From sequence record OR544956: 64,000 bases of DNA. The stretch is one strand, 5' to 3'. Each line of letters starts with the position of its first letter. The stretch's first letter is position 1. The DNA is from Escherichia phage vB_EcoM_EP57. The position numbers and the translations under genes were made by a program. Below, piece after piece: positions 45,106 through 54,366 of this stretch. Under the pieces are notes generated by a model that saw only the letters and a program-made list of their open reading frames with translations, ran no database searches and had not been told where the DNA came from.

Positions 45106-45540
45106 ATGTTACAAGTTCCTGCTAAGTTTGTTGAAGGCGCTATCCACTCTTACCGTCAAACATGTAAGAGGGCAAGAAACTGTTTAGATGGTCTGGTGGC
45201 AAAAACCTATACTGTTGAAAAGAAAAAACGTTGGTTTGGCAAAGATGTTTACGAAGTTAATATTTTTGGTGAACATAAACTAAACCACGATACTCCTGAA
45301 AACATGTTAGAAATATTTCTAAGAGATGACAAAATATCTCCTATGGATTACCAACTTTTAAAATTTTATGATTCTTCTTTAGCTATTGATAAGTTTGTTG
45401 AAGATATTCTGTCTAGAAAAACAGATAAAAACACTTATCCTCTAGAAGCTGATCAAATAGGATTATTAAATGAGATTTCATCCTTTAAAGAGTTGGATAA
45501 TATTACAAAAGAGGAGATTTTAGATGGCATTAGATTATGA
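45106..45540 (+). CDS. hypothetical protein
   Basis: 144-aa ORF with RBS. Confidence 0.4.
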   Translation: MLQVPAKFVEGAIHSYRQTCKRARNCLDGLVAKTYTVEKKKRWFGKDVYEVNIFGEHKLNHDTPENMLEIFLRDDKISPMDYQLLKFYDSSLAIDKFVEDILSRKTDKNTYPLEADQIGLLNEISSFKELDNITKEEILDGIRL

Positions 45541-46033
45541 TCGCCCAACGAGCGATTATTATCCGACACCGCAAAAAGCAATCAATAGTTTGTTTAGTGT
45601 TATAGATTTCAAAAATCTAAAGGAAGAAGGTTGGGTTTTTGCAGAACCTTGCAGAGGTGAAGCTGAAGCGATTTATCGCCATTTTCCTGAAGGTTCAGAA
45701 TATTGCGAACTTGAAGAAGGTAAAGATTATTTTAGTCATGAATGGGAAAATCGTCCCGACATTATAATCACAAATCCTCCATTTAAGTTAGCAATGGAGT
45801 TCTTGGAAAAGAGCTTAAAAGAGGCGGATGTTTGTATTTATCTTCTTCGGTTGGGCTTCTTGGAGTCAAAGAAACGACGAGAGTTCCATCAAAAGAATCC
45901 ACCAACAAACCTTATAGTTCTTTCAGAACGGCCTTCGTTTGTTGCAGGTGGAACAGATAAGACAGCATACGCTTGGTATGTATACGACCCAAAGAATCGT
46001 TTGGGCCTCTCTCAACCATTTTATTTTGTTTAA
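45524..46033 (+). CDS. small N6-adenine DNA methyltransferase-like protein
   Basis: DYYPTP, AEPCRGEAEA (AdoMet pocket-like) and IITNPPF ((D/N)PP(Y/F)) motifs; 169 aa. Confidence 0.45.
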   Translation: MALDYDRPTSDYYPTPQKAINSLFSVIDFKNLKEEGWVFAEPCRGEAEAIYRHFPEGSEYCELEEGKDYFSHEWENRPDIIITNPPFKLAMEFLEKSLKEADVCIYLLRLGFLESKKRREFHQKNPPTNLIVLSERPSFVAGGTDKTAYAWYVYDPKNRLGLSQPFYFV

Positions 46034-46045
46034 GGAGTGTGAACT

Positions 46046-46282
46046 ATGGGTAAACTAATTATGACAGTGGCTATTGATTTTGATGAAGTAGATGAAAGCC
46101 TCAACCTTTCACTTTCTACTGACGTAGATGGCGAAATGGATAATATTGAAGCAGCTACTGCTCTTTTCTTCAAAAAAGCCATTGAAGTTTATGCCGAACA
46201 TGCTGCAAATCAGGCAGTAGATTACGGTGGTATCGTGCGAGCTTTAGTTCACTCTACCGAGGGCAATGACTGGGAAGATTAA
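46046..46282 (+). CDS. hypothetical acidic protein
   Basis: 78-aa ORF with RBS. Confidence 0.35.
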   Translation: MGKLIMTVAIDFDEVDESLNLSLSTDVDGEMDNIEAATALFFKKAIEVYAEHAANQAVDYGGIVRALVHSTEGNDWED

Positions 46283-46485
46283 TGGCTTACAATTATTACT
46301 GCATTTATGCACATGAAAAGAAAAAAGGTGACACTGGGACTAACGTTTATGCGGAGTCCGAATCTCATGCAAAAGAGATTGGTGCTATCCTTTTATCACG
46401 CTGGACTGGAAATAATTACAGTGCAGAAGATATGTTTGCAGAAGTGGATTCTAGTATCCAAGAAGACAACATAACAACTACGTGA
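46282..46485 (+). CDS. hypothetical protein
   Basis: 67-aa ORF, ATGA overlap. Confidence 0.3.
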   Translation: MAYNYYCIYAHEKKKGDTGTNVYAESESHAKEIGAILLSRWTGNNYSAEDMFAEVDSSIQEDNITTT

Positions 46486-46963
46486 TATACTTATACTCCC
46501 TTTTCGGAGGGAGTATTTTTAAGGAGGGATTATGCAGAGCGGAGAAGAACTTTTAGAGAAACAATTCTCAACGCGTTAAGTTATATAGTTTTTCTAAGCA
46601 ATCTTGATGTGAATGAGATACTTTTACGGCGCGAAGGTAATTTCTGGAGCGTTAAATATCATGCAACAAGGTCTGTAATCTACCTGGAAGAGGCGGAATT
46701 CTCTTTGGTAGAATGATCCGAGGAGTAGTTATGCGTTCAACTTTCACTGGCAAAATAAATGCTGGTTTGATTTTTACAGCAGTAAGCATTCTTAGCAAAA
46801 AGTTTAAAGTTGTTAACTTACCTGTGTGTGTCGATTTCGATCATGTTTTTGATCCTTCGAACCCCACTCGTTGCATAGTAAGGAGCAATGTTGAAAACCC
46901 AACAGAAAATCTTTTTATGTAACAAAACCATCTCAAAGCATACTTAACCAGGTTGAGGCGAAA

Positions 46964-47302
46964 TTGATACCTAACGGTAAATATTACTCCTTTTTACCTT
47001 GTAAGTCGGTTGAAGTAGAGAATAGCAATACTTTCGCTAATAACTTGTCTGTATTCGTTTTCTTTGTTTCACAGGAAGACGAAACAGATGAAATGGTAGC
47101 AACAGTGAGATCACTTTATGACTCTTTAGGGGTTGTTTATAGTCAACAAGTGTGCGAAAATAATAAAGCCTGTGTAGATTTCATTATCAACGGTATTTGT
47201 GTTTGTAGAGTAGAATCTTTTTGGCTGCACGATACATATGTGACTGTAGCAGAGGTTATATCTGAACCAAGATTTAGTCATGCAGTTTCGTTAATAATTT
47301 GA
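46964..47302 (+). CDS. hypothetical protein
   Basis: 112-aa ORF. Confidence 0.3.
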   Translation: MIPNGKYYSFLPCKSVEVENSNTFANNLSVFVFFVSQEDETDEMVATVRSLYDSLGVVYSQQVCENNKACVDFIINGICVCRVESFWLHDTYVTVAEVISEPRFSHAVSLII

Positions 47303-47312
47303 GGAGGAAGGA

Positions 47313-47642
47313 ATGGAAATTACTACAGAACAAGCCCTTATCGATGAGGGTCGTAAAATCTTAGAAAAGTATTTAGGGGAGATTCATAAAACCCCTGGCT
47401 ATTTGGGTTGGAGAATTGTTGAAGCTGTAGATTTCCTTCCTCGTAACAGTAAAAACGTCGAAATGCGATCTCTTTTCTTATTAGTAAAGGTGGATGGGGA
47501 TACGCCTTTTAAAGATGCCGCAGAACATATTGAAAAAGTTGAAGAGAAAGCTTATGCAGAATTTGCCGATCTTGTTTTAGAACAAGAGATTGAAGGAAAG
47601 GTGAATATTTTTATTTTCTTAGATTTTGAGGAGGATAAGTGA
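47313..47642 (+). CDS. hypothetical protein
   Basis: 109-aa ORF with GGAGG RBS. Confidence 0.4.
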   Translation: MEITTEQALIDEGRKILEKYLGEIHKTPGYLGWRIVEAVDFLPRNSKNVEMRSLFLLVKVDGDTPFKDAAEHIEKVEEKAYAEFADLVLEQEIEGKVNIFIFLDFEEDK

Positions 47643-48382
47643 TCATACACAGAGAAATTACTGTTAAAAGCGATCAAGATCTTTTTATAATTGGAGATCT
47701 ACACGGTTGTTATAATTTGTATGAAAAAGGAAAGGCAAAGTTAGGTATCCGAGATACAGATGTGGTTGTATCTCTAGGAGATCTTACTGACCGTGGAAAG
47801 CAAAACTTTCGTTGTGTTTTAGAATTTACTCGTAAACACAATCGCTACGCTATTCGTGGCAATCATGAAGACATGATGATTAAAGGTATGCTGGAAGGAG
47901 ATCGTAGCTACTACGAGTGTTGGTATCAAAATGGAGGATATACGGTCTTTGAAGAATGTGGTGAAGAAGGAGCTACAGCCTTAGCAATGATGACAGAAGA
48001 TTTACCTGTTGTTCTCATTGTTAACTACAGAGGCATGAAACTTGCGTTTATTCATGGTGGGTACCCATCTTCTTTGGAATATCTCCCTGTAACAGATATT
48101 CCAGAATACATTTCGAAGATGACGAAAACACAGGAAAACCGTTTTGCTGAAGCACTTGTGTGGGACAGAGATATGGTAGACTGTGCTAAAGAGGGAATGA
48201 AACTTCCTGTTGTGATGGGTGTGGATTATGTGTTTCATGGACACTCTTATGTAAAAACACCTATTATCAATGCGAATCGTGTTTATATGGATACTGGATC
48301 TGTGTTCAATAATAACTTAACATTTGCTTATTTCGATATGGACGGTGGTCTTCAATTTTATTCAACTCTTGAGGAGGATTAA
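47639..48382 (+). CDS. Ser/Thr protein phosphatase (metallophosphoesterase)
   Basis: GDLHGC, GDLTDRG and RGNHE motifs in order. Confidence 0.8.
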   Translation: MIIHREITVKSDQDLFIIGDLHGCYNLYEKGKAKLGIRDTDVVVSLGDLTDRGKQNFRCVLEFTRKHNRYAIRGNHEDMMIKGMLEGDRSYYECWYQNGGYTVFEECGEEGATALAMMTEDLPVVLIVNYRGMKLAFIHGGYPSSLEYLPVTDIPEYISKMTKTQENRFAEALVWDRDMVDCAKEGMKLPVVMGVDYVFHGHSYVKTPIINANRVYMDTGSVFNNNLTFAYFDMDGGLQFYSTLEED

Positions 48383-48690
48383 TGTATAAGATTACAATTA
48401 TTCAAAGTGTAGGTAATATCCGTAAAGAAGTTATCTTAGAAACAGAAGATGTTAATCTTGTTCGTGAGATTGTTCTTAAGGAAGATAACCTGCAAGCTGT
48501 AGAATCAGATGCACCGAATCTTATGGTGGATCAAGAATATTCTGAACTTCGTCGTATTTTTGAAGAGATTCAGAAGAAAGAAACACAACCTACCATAAAA
48601 CCTTTTGGTCCTTATGATCCGAGCAATCCTAGCAGTCCTTGGATCATGAGAAATACGGAACCCTATACACCTTTTGAAATTACTTGTTGA
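48382..48690 (+). CDS. hypothetical protein
   Basis: 102-aa ORF, coupled. Confidence 0.35.
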   Translation: MYKITIIQSVGNIRKEVILETEDVNLVREIVLKEDNLQAVESDAPNLMVDQEYSELRRIFEEIQKKETQPTIKPFGPYDPSNPSSPWIMRNTEPYTPFEITC

Positions 48691-48697
48691 GGTGATT

Positions 48698-49279
48698 ATG
48701 GCAGAACTGTTCTATACGGGAGTTGGAAGTAGGGACATATCTGAAGAAGAGTGGGCTTTGATGGTAGGCATAGGGAAATGGCTTTCAAACCTTGGGTTTA
48801 AATTACGGTCTGGGAAGGCAGAGGGTAGTGATTCTGCTTTTGAAACAGGTGTCCAAGAGTCTGAAAATCCTACTAACAAGGAGATTTATGTTCCTTGGGA
48901 AAATTTCAAAGGTAATCAGATTCCAGGTGATGTTATTGTTCTTGCAAAACCAGATACAATGAACTATGCTATCTCTGTGCAATGGATTAAAGATGTTCAC
49001 CCAGCTTATGAAAAGCTTAAGCAGGGTGCTAGAAAATTGCACCAACGTAATGTGCATCAAGTGTTAGGCAGAGATTTGGAGAATCCTGCTCCATCATGTT
49101 TCTTATTGGCTTGTGCTAATACTGATAAACATGGGGATGCAAAAGGTGGAACAGCTACGGCTTGGAAGATAGCTAAAGCCAATAATGTTCCTTGTTTAAA
49201 CATTCGTGGGAAAACAAAACAAGAGATTTACGATTTTCTACGACCTTTGGTAATGAGGGCGATAACAAGTGATTCCTAG
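48698..49279 (+). CDS. DprA/Smf-like Rossmann-fold (SLOG) protein
   Basis: YTGVGSRDIS...LRSGKAEGSDSA matches the DprA GSR...SG.A.G.D pattern; ATG at 48698 with RBS. Confidence 0.45.
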   Translation: MAELFYTGVGSRDISEEEWALMVGIGKWLSNLGFKLRSGKAEGSDSAFETGVQESENPTNKEIYVPWENFKGNQIPGDVIVLAKPDTMNYAISVQWIKDVHPAYEKLKQGARKLHQRNVHQVLGRDLENPAPSCFLLACANTDKHGDAKGGTATAWKIAKANNVPCLNIRGKTKQEIYDFLRPLVMRAITSDS

Positions 49280-49781
49280 ACGTAAACGTGGTGAACAAAG
49301 AACAAACTTGGCAGAAATCTTAGATTACAACATGGTTAATGATGTGACAAAAGAAATTCTGCCTGTTGTAGAAGATATTCTTCGTAGAGGGTTACGATTC
49401 TGCTCGGATCGGGTGCATTTCATGTGGACACATAAAAGTGACTCCGCTTTGAATTTCTATCCTTTGGACTATACTCTGAACAATACAGAGATGAAAGATA
49501 TCAACAAATATTTAATGGGATATAAAGATATAACCGAAACTGTTCTTGGAGAATTGGCAGAAATCTTGGCTAACGATATCCTTAGAAATATTAATAAGGC
49601 TCTTGACAGAAGCCCAGCAGGAGTAGTAGTATCTTTTGCTGTGCCAGATATGGTTAAATATGAGTCTACAATACCTAATAAAGCTTATGCCTTTCTTCGG
49701 AGAGACGTTCGTGGAAATGTGTTGGAGATGGAGTCAAACTACAAGATTGAGGAGGTTTTATGGCAGAGTTCGGATCAGTAA
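49269..49781 (+). CDS. hypothetical protein
   Basis: 170-aa ORF. Confidence 0.35.
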   Translation: MIPRRKRGEQRTNLAEILDYNMVNDVTKEILPVVEDILRRGLRFCSDRVHFMWTHKSDSALNFYPLDYTLNNTEMKDINKYLMGYKDITETVLGELAEILANDILRNINKALDRSPAGVVVSFAVPDMVKYESTIPNKAYAFLRRDVRGNVLEMESNYKIEEVLWQSSDQ

Positions 49782-50050
49782 CAAGTTTTGAAAGTAACTT
49801 CGTTACCGCTTGGGAAGCTTGGGATGAAATGGGTGTTGGGGAACTTTATTTTTACAATGTAACACTACGCCCAGAGTATGTTTACCTGGTACCAGAAGGA
49901 ACAGTTCAAATTGGCATGTATTTGTCTTCTCAAGACGGTGTTGTTCAATTTGAGTTTTATTCAAACACAACGGACAACGAATTTACATACCGCGCATTTC
50001 ATGTCAACATGTCTTTAGGAGAGGAGAAATTTTATGACGACCAAGTTTAA
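49760..50050 (+). CDS. hypothetical protein
   Basis: 96-aa ORF with RBS. Confidence 0.35.
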   Translation: MAEFGSVTSFESNFVTAWEAWDEMGVGELYFYNVTLRPEYVYLVPEGTVQIGMYLSSQDGVVQFEFYSNTTDNEFTYRAFHVNMSLGEEKFYDDQV

Positions 50051-50231
50051 AACAGTAGAAGAAGCCGTAAAAGCAGCTTATGAGGCTTTAGCGGAAGCAG
50101 AGCAGTTAGCAGACGAGACTGGTGAAGGTTTCAGCTTCTCCCCTGAATATGGGATGGGTGGTTATTATGATCCAGAAGATGAAAATGAGAATACTGGAAC
50201 AAATTGGCATCCATCTTCTTTAAGTTGTTAA
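50034..50231 (+). CDS. small acidic protein, family member 1 (C-terminal W-x-SS-x-C motif)
   Basis: 65 aa ending NWHPSSLSC. Confidence 0.4.
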   Translation: MTTKFKTVEEAVKAAYEALAEAEQLADETGEGFSFSPEYGMGGYYDPEDENENTGTNWHPSSLSC

Positions 50232-50242
50232 TAGGAGGTAAA

Positions 50243-50512
50243 GTGGGAATCGAAGATATCAAAGGTTATAAACCGCATACCGATGACAAAATTGGTAAAG
50301 TGAATGCTATTAAAGATGCTGAAGTTCGATTAGGATTAATCTTTGATGCTCTAATGTCTGAATTGTGGGCTGAACTGGATGATTGTGAAGATTTGGAAGA
50401 GTCTACCAATATATCCACCCGCCTTGACCAAATTTCAATAGCAAAGACTAAGTTGAAAGAAGCTTCTATGTGGGCCTGTCGTTCCGTTTTCCAACCAGAG
50501 GAGAAATACTAA
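50243..50512 (+). CDS. hypothetical acidic protein
   Basis: GTG at 50243 after AGGAGG. Confidence 0.3.
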   Translation: MGIEDIKGYKPHTDDKIGKVNAIKDAEVRLGLIFDALMSELWAELDDCEDLEESTNISTRLDQISIAKTKLKEASMWACRSVFQPEEKY

Positions 50513-50730
50513 TGAGTTATCGTAATGTTGAAGAATTAACTGAAAAAGCCCAAGCTATTATGGCTTTGGTGGACGAACTTACAAAAGAAGCTGAAGATGC
50601 TGGTTTTGGTCTTAGTTTAGAAGATGACGCAATCTGTTTTGAAGATTGGCAATCCTCTTCTTGTTATGGTGAAGGTGATGATGGTTTCGTTGTTAATTCT
50701 CAAGGCGTTTGGCACAGTAGTAGCTGTTAA
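50512..50730 (+). CDS. small acidic protein, family member 2
   Basis: ATG at 50512 after GAGGAG; ends GVWHSSSC. Confidence 0.4.
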   Translation: MSYRNVEELTEKAQAIMALVDELTKEAEDAGFGLSLEDDAICFEDWQSSSCYGEGDDGFVVNSQGVWHSSSC

Positions 50731-50739
50731 GGAGAGATT

Positions 50740-51012
50740 GTGGAGTCTGAAGGCGAACTGCTGATAAAAAAGAAAGTTAAAGAGATGGAACAAGCACAAA
50801 GAAAGTTTCGTAAGGAAATTGAAGAACTTTGTGAACAGTTTCAGGAACAAGCTTGGATAGGTGACTACGGTAACGGAGAAACTTATTACCCTACAGGAAC
50901 GCCAGCCGCAGATCACTATATTGATTTCATTTGTGAAGATTATGGTGTAGAGTTGGATGAAAATGGTTTAACCACAAGAGGTGTTTGGATCTCTTCTTCC
51001 TCAATGTGTTAG
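50740..51012 (+). CDS. small acidic protein, family member 3
   Basis: 90 aa ending GVWISSSSMC; RBS AGGAG. Confidence 0.4.
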   Translation: MESEGELLIKKKVKEMEQAQRKFRKEIEELCEQFQEQAWIGDYGNGETYYPTGTPAADHYIDFICEDYGVELDENGLTTRGVWISSSSMC

Positions 51013-51022
51013 TAAATAATAA

Positions 51023-51044
51023 CCCGCTTCGGCGGGTTTTTTAT
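51023..51044 (+). terminator. rho-independent terminator
   Basis: CCCGC-TTCG-GCGGG followed by TTTTTTAT. Confidence 0.6.
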
Positions 51045-51072
51045 TGACAGGAATCTGGAAGCTTGATAAACT
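51044..51072 (+). promoter_or_regulatory. sigma70-like promoter
   Basis: TTGACA - 17 nt - TAAACT. Confidence 0.35.
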
Positions 51073-51102
51073 TAACCTATCAACCAATAGAGGAGAAATA
51101 TT

Positions 51103-52044
51103 ATGGTGTTAATTGGTAGCCGTGCATTGCAAATTCATGCTATGGACATGGGAAAAGACTTGTATCGCCCTTGTGTAGATTTAGATTACCTGTGTACAGA
51201 ACAAGAGTGGGAAGAATTATCAAAAATGTTCTCTCAAGACGAGTTTGTTGAACTTGTAGAACGTAAAGGAAACAAAGGCCATGTCAAAATGATAGCTGGT
51301 GCACATTTGGAATACGATATTGCTTCTCAAGGAGATAGCACAGAAGCTTTGATTAGCTATTGTGAAGATTCTGATGATGTTCGTCGAACTTACGCTGGAC
51401 ATGTTGTTGCTCCTTTAGATGTGCTCTACCTTCTTAAAATGAGTCATCGTTTTAAAAAGGATAGTCCTCACTTCTTTAAAACTATGAAAGATATTCATTT
51501 CATGCGGTCACTGGGCGCAAAGATCCCAGAAAATCTTAAGAGTATTTATGAGTTGCGTGAGAAAGAAACATACACTTACTCTCATCCGAACTTAAACGTA
51601 AAAAGTAAAGAGTTCTTTAAAGGTGACGAGGTTCCGTATGTTTATGATCATGATTCTATCCATGAAGCAATCGCGTTAATGGATGCTCCAGCATATAAAT
51701 CTTATATGAAAGATGGAAGTGAAGTTATGACCAGCAAAGAAAAGTTTTTTGCTCAACCAAAACATGTGCGGCTGTTAGGTGTTTATGAAGAAGCGTGTGT
51801 TTTGGCTTTGGAACGTTCACAAATTCCTTTCGGTGAAGAGATCGGAGGTCCAACCCCTAAGCAAAGTTTTATAATGGCTTTATCTAAAGTCTGCACATCC
51901 ATCACTAGTGGTTGGTTTAGGGAATATGCTTGGGAAAACTTTTATGTTGTTACTAAGCTATATGAAAACATGGGCGAAAACGACTATGTTGAACGTTTTA
52001 AAGCTAATCAACATGTAGTTAAGCCTTTTGAAGGAGGTTATTAA
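51103..52044 (+). CDS. hypothetical protein with weak nucleotidyltransferase-like GS...DxD pattern
   Basis: 313 aa; N-terminal LIGSRALQIH...CVDLDYL; spacing longer than canonical minimal NTases. Confidence 0.3.
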   Translation: MVLIGSRALQIHAMDMGKDLYRPCVDLDYLCTEQEWEELSKMFSQDEFVELVERKGNKGHVKMIAGAHLEYDIASQGDSTEALISYCEDSDDVRRTYAGHVVAPLDVLYLLKMSHRFKKDSPHFFKTMKDIHFMRSLGAKIPENLKSIYELREKETYTYSHPNLNVKSKEFFKGDEVPYVYDHDSIHEAIALMDAPAYKSYMKDGSEVMTSKEKFFAQPKHVRLLGVYEEACVLALERSQIPFGEEIGGPTPKQSFIMALSKVCTSITSGWFREYAWENFYVVTKLYENMGENDYVERFKANQHVVKPFEGGY

Positions 52045-52045
52045 T

Positions 52046-52441
52046 ATGTGTGGATATCTTTCAGAAAGTTATTTCAAAGTGACCCAGGAGGATTTAGAAA
52101 AAGCACGATTGAAACTGACAGCTATTATTGAATACTCTAATACTGTTGATCACAGATTAAAGACTACTAAAGTATCTGTTCCTTGTTGGTTAGGTTTACG
52201 GCATAAAACAATGTCTCAGCATGACCATGTTGTTCGAGAGATGCATGGTTGGTGTTGGTTTCACGATGTGGCTCTGCATTTTGGTTATATTACAGAAGAA
52301 GAGCATAGATTCTGTGAACTAACATATCGTATTCCAACCCTTTACGATTTAGATTTGTGGAAGAAAGCAAACGAGATTTTTCTTACAGAAAGTGATTGGC
52401 GTAAAGTTATGGCTTGTCTTGAATGGAGGGGTAATGAGTAA
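52046..52441 (+). CDS. hypothetical protein
   Basis: ATG at 52046 after GGAGG. Confidence 0.35.
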   Translation: MCGYLSESYFKVTQEDLEKARLKLTAIIEYSNTVDHRLKTTKVSVPCWLGLRHKTMSQHDHVVREMHGWCWFHDVALHFGYITEEEHRFCELTYRIPTLYDLDLWKKANEIFLTESDWRKVMACLEWRGNE

Positions 52442-53117
52442 AACAGTTTTGTCTATGTTTGACGGATCTGGGATCATGGTGTTACGTTATGCCGAAGCAG
52501 GTCACAAGTGTTTTTGTGTAAACGCTGATGAAGGGGATCACGGTAAATACGAGGTTAGGATGGAGCACCCAAACATAACCTATGTGAATGCTTGGATAGA
52601 TTCTACATTCAACCCTGAAGATCATGGGATACCTAAACCCGATATTATTTTTGGATTTCCACCTTGCACTATGTTAGCAGGTAGTGGTAGCAAACATGAA
52701 CGTAGCACAGAGGAATTAGATGAAGCTTTAGCTAATATTCGTGTAGTGGAAGCTTTGGGTAACAAATATAATGTTCCTTGGATGATTGAGAACCCAGTAG
52801 GTAAACTTTCAACCTTATGGCGTAAACCCGATTTTTACTTTGATCCTTATGAGTATGGTGGGTATTTGTTTGAAGAGGAAGGAAGCTTTCATCCTAAAAT
52901 GCCTACCCGTGATGGGTATACAAAGAAAACTTGTATTTGGCACGGCAATGGTTTTGTTCAACCAGTGAAGAAACCAGTAGATCATATAGGCTGCTTTTGG
53001 GGTTGGAAAAGCTTAGGTGGAGCTAGTGCAAAAACAAAACAACTTAGATCCCTAACCGCACGTGGTTTTGCTCGTGCCGTGTTTTTGTCTAACAATCTTC
53101 TAGATAAGGAGAAATAA
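52434..53117 (+). CDS. C5-cytosine methyltransferase-like protein (short, no obvious target-recognition domain)
   Basis: motif I FDGSG, motif IV GFPPCT (PCQ-like catalytic Cys), motif VI ENP; 227 aa from ATG 52434. Confidence 0.5.
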   Translation: MSKTVLSMFDGSGIMVLRYAEAGHKCFCVNADEGDHGKYEVRMEHPNITYVNAWIDSTFNPEDHGIPKPDIIFGFPPCTMLAGSGSKHERSTEELDEALANIRVVEALGNKYNVPWMIENPVGKLSTLWRKPDFYFDPYEYGGYLFEEEGSFHPKMPTRDGYTKKTCIWHGNGFVQPVKKPVDHIGCFWGWKSLGGASAKTKQLRSLTARGFARAVFLSNNLLDKEK

Positions 53118-53770
53118 TGTCAAATTCAAAACCAGTAGTTGCTTATCAAGTAGATCGTAATGATGGTGAAGGAAGTGTTGTTATTTTCAGTACACACGGT
53201 CTTGAGGCTCGTCGAAAAGGTGCATATCGTTTAGAATGTGAGTTTGAAGACTGCACAAGCCACCGTGTCAAACAATTCGATCAATATGCTGATAAAGGCT
53301 TCGTCCCTGTCAAAGCCTTACTGGAAGATGGTTGGTGGGTATATTCTGCTTTTGATTACTCAAGACTGGAGGAGTCAGCTTCGTGCGCCTCCGAGATCGA
53401 ATATGATGATTACTATGACACTCTGTACCTTCCAGAATGGCTTGTCTTTTCTCCTGATGAAAAAAGTGTCTGGAAAACGTGGGAAGAAATGGAGAGACAT
53501 GCGTATAGCATCAATGAAGCTTTAGATCGTAAAGCTTGGTTTATTGAGGCAGTAAAGGCGGCATACCCCCAATTCTCATTCTGTGATTTCACTGGTGGCC
53601 CAGGATACATTACACATACAGCCTCTTTTGAGTTTCCTGGTTCACGTTATAAGGGTAATGTTTATTGGGACTGGGATGAAAATAAACAACCTTCGGCTCA
53701 AGACTTCCGTTGCTATGTTTGTCAAGGTGATCAAGAAGCCCTTGACAAATACCTTGAAAGTCTGGTATAG
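53117..53770 (+). CDS. hypothetical protein
   Basis: 217-aa ORF, start overlaps upstream stop. Confidence 0.35.
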   Translation: MSNSKPVVAYQVDRNDGEGSVVIFSTHGLEARRKGAYRLECEFEDCTSHRVKQFDQYADKGFVPVKALLEDGWWVYSAFDYSRLEESASCASEIEYDDYYDTLYLPEWLVFSPDEKSVWKTWEEMERHAYSINEALDRKAWFIEAVKAAYPQFSFCDFTGGPGYITHTASFEFPGSRYKGNVYWDWDENKQPSAQDFRCYVCQGDQEALDKYLESLV

Positions 53771-53829
53771 TGCCGATATCTGAACAAAGCCTCCTGTTTC
53801 AGGGGGCTTTTCTTTTATAGGAGGGAATA

Positions 53830-54081
53830 TGTTTCAATGCACATTGGTTGGTGAGCAAACTAAAAGAAAAAGAGAAACCATTTCCTACTCTGCTTGATCG
53901 TTCTCTTGTGGAAGATGCAGGTAAAGCATATGCAGACTATGCGTATGCAGACGGGAAATATTTGGAAGATGATAAGGCTAACCATTTGCTTTATGTTTAC
54001 TATGAAGCTGAATCTGCCTACGATAATTATTACAGCATGTCTAACATCCTACGTCTGTTTGCAGAGTTTGATATTTATTAA
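53830..54081 (+). CDS. hypothetical protein, apparently frameshifted in an A-rich run (ATG 53830 frame closes after 22 codons; 77-aa frame from 53848)
   Basis: strong RBS and ATG at 53830; downstream frame lacks RBS and starts TTG; homopolymer-rich aaactaaaagaaaaagagaaacc at junction. Confidence 0.3.
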   Translation, partial: CFNAHWLVSKLKEKEKPFPTLLDRSLVEDAGKAYADYAYADGKYLEDDKANHLLYVYYEAESAYDNYYSMSNILRLFAEFDIY

Positions 54082-54098
54082 ACAAATAAACCACTCAA

Positions 54099-54118
54099 GG
54101 GGCTTCGGCCCCTTTCTT
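54099..54118 (+). terminator. GGGGCTTCGGCCCC hairpin plus T-tract
   Basis: GGGGC-TTCG-GCCCC then TTTCTTATT. Confidence 0.45.
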
Positions 54119-54132
54119 ATTAGGAGAATAAA

Positions 54133-54366
54133 ATGACTGAAGAAATCCGTGATTACTACCTTGCACATTACGTTTACTACTTTGCCAATGCTACACAAAA
54201 AGGGGAAGGTAATCTTTACTTGGCAACAGGACATGGAACAGGCGTTAGGAAATCAGAAGATAAACTTCAAACACCTGTAGTTGTAGTGATGCAAAACATA
54301 AGTTACCTAGCAAGTTGTACTGAAACCGAATTTAACGCGTCTGAAACGCAATCTAACGAAGAATAA
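54133..54366 (+). CDS. hypothetical protein
   Basis: 77-aa ORF with RBS; last plus-strand gene before convergent terminator. Confidence 0.4.
   Translation: MTEEIRDYYLAHYVYYFANATQKGEGNLYLATGHGTGVRKSEDKLQTPVVVVMQNISYLASCTETEFNASETQSNEE

Noticed and set aside
46713-46922. 69-aa plus-strand ORF in a gap between small genes
   Set aside because: No convincing RBS and a translation rich in hydrophobic/Cys residues; the region may instead be regulatory or carry a shorter gene in another frame.
25475-54234. Minus-strand track ORFs scattered through the plus-strand early module (e.g. 25475..25795, 29748..30137, 39301..39792, 48002..48244)
   Set aside because: Each is antisense within a plus-strand gene with recognisable motifs or coupling; none has a start with RBS or fits an intergenic gap.
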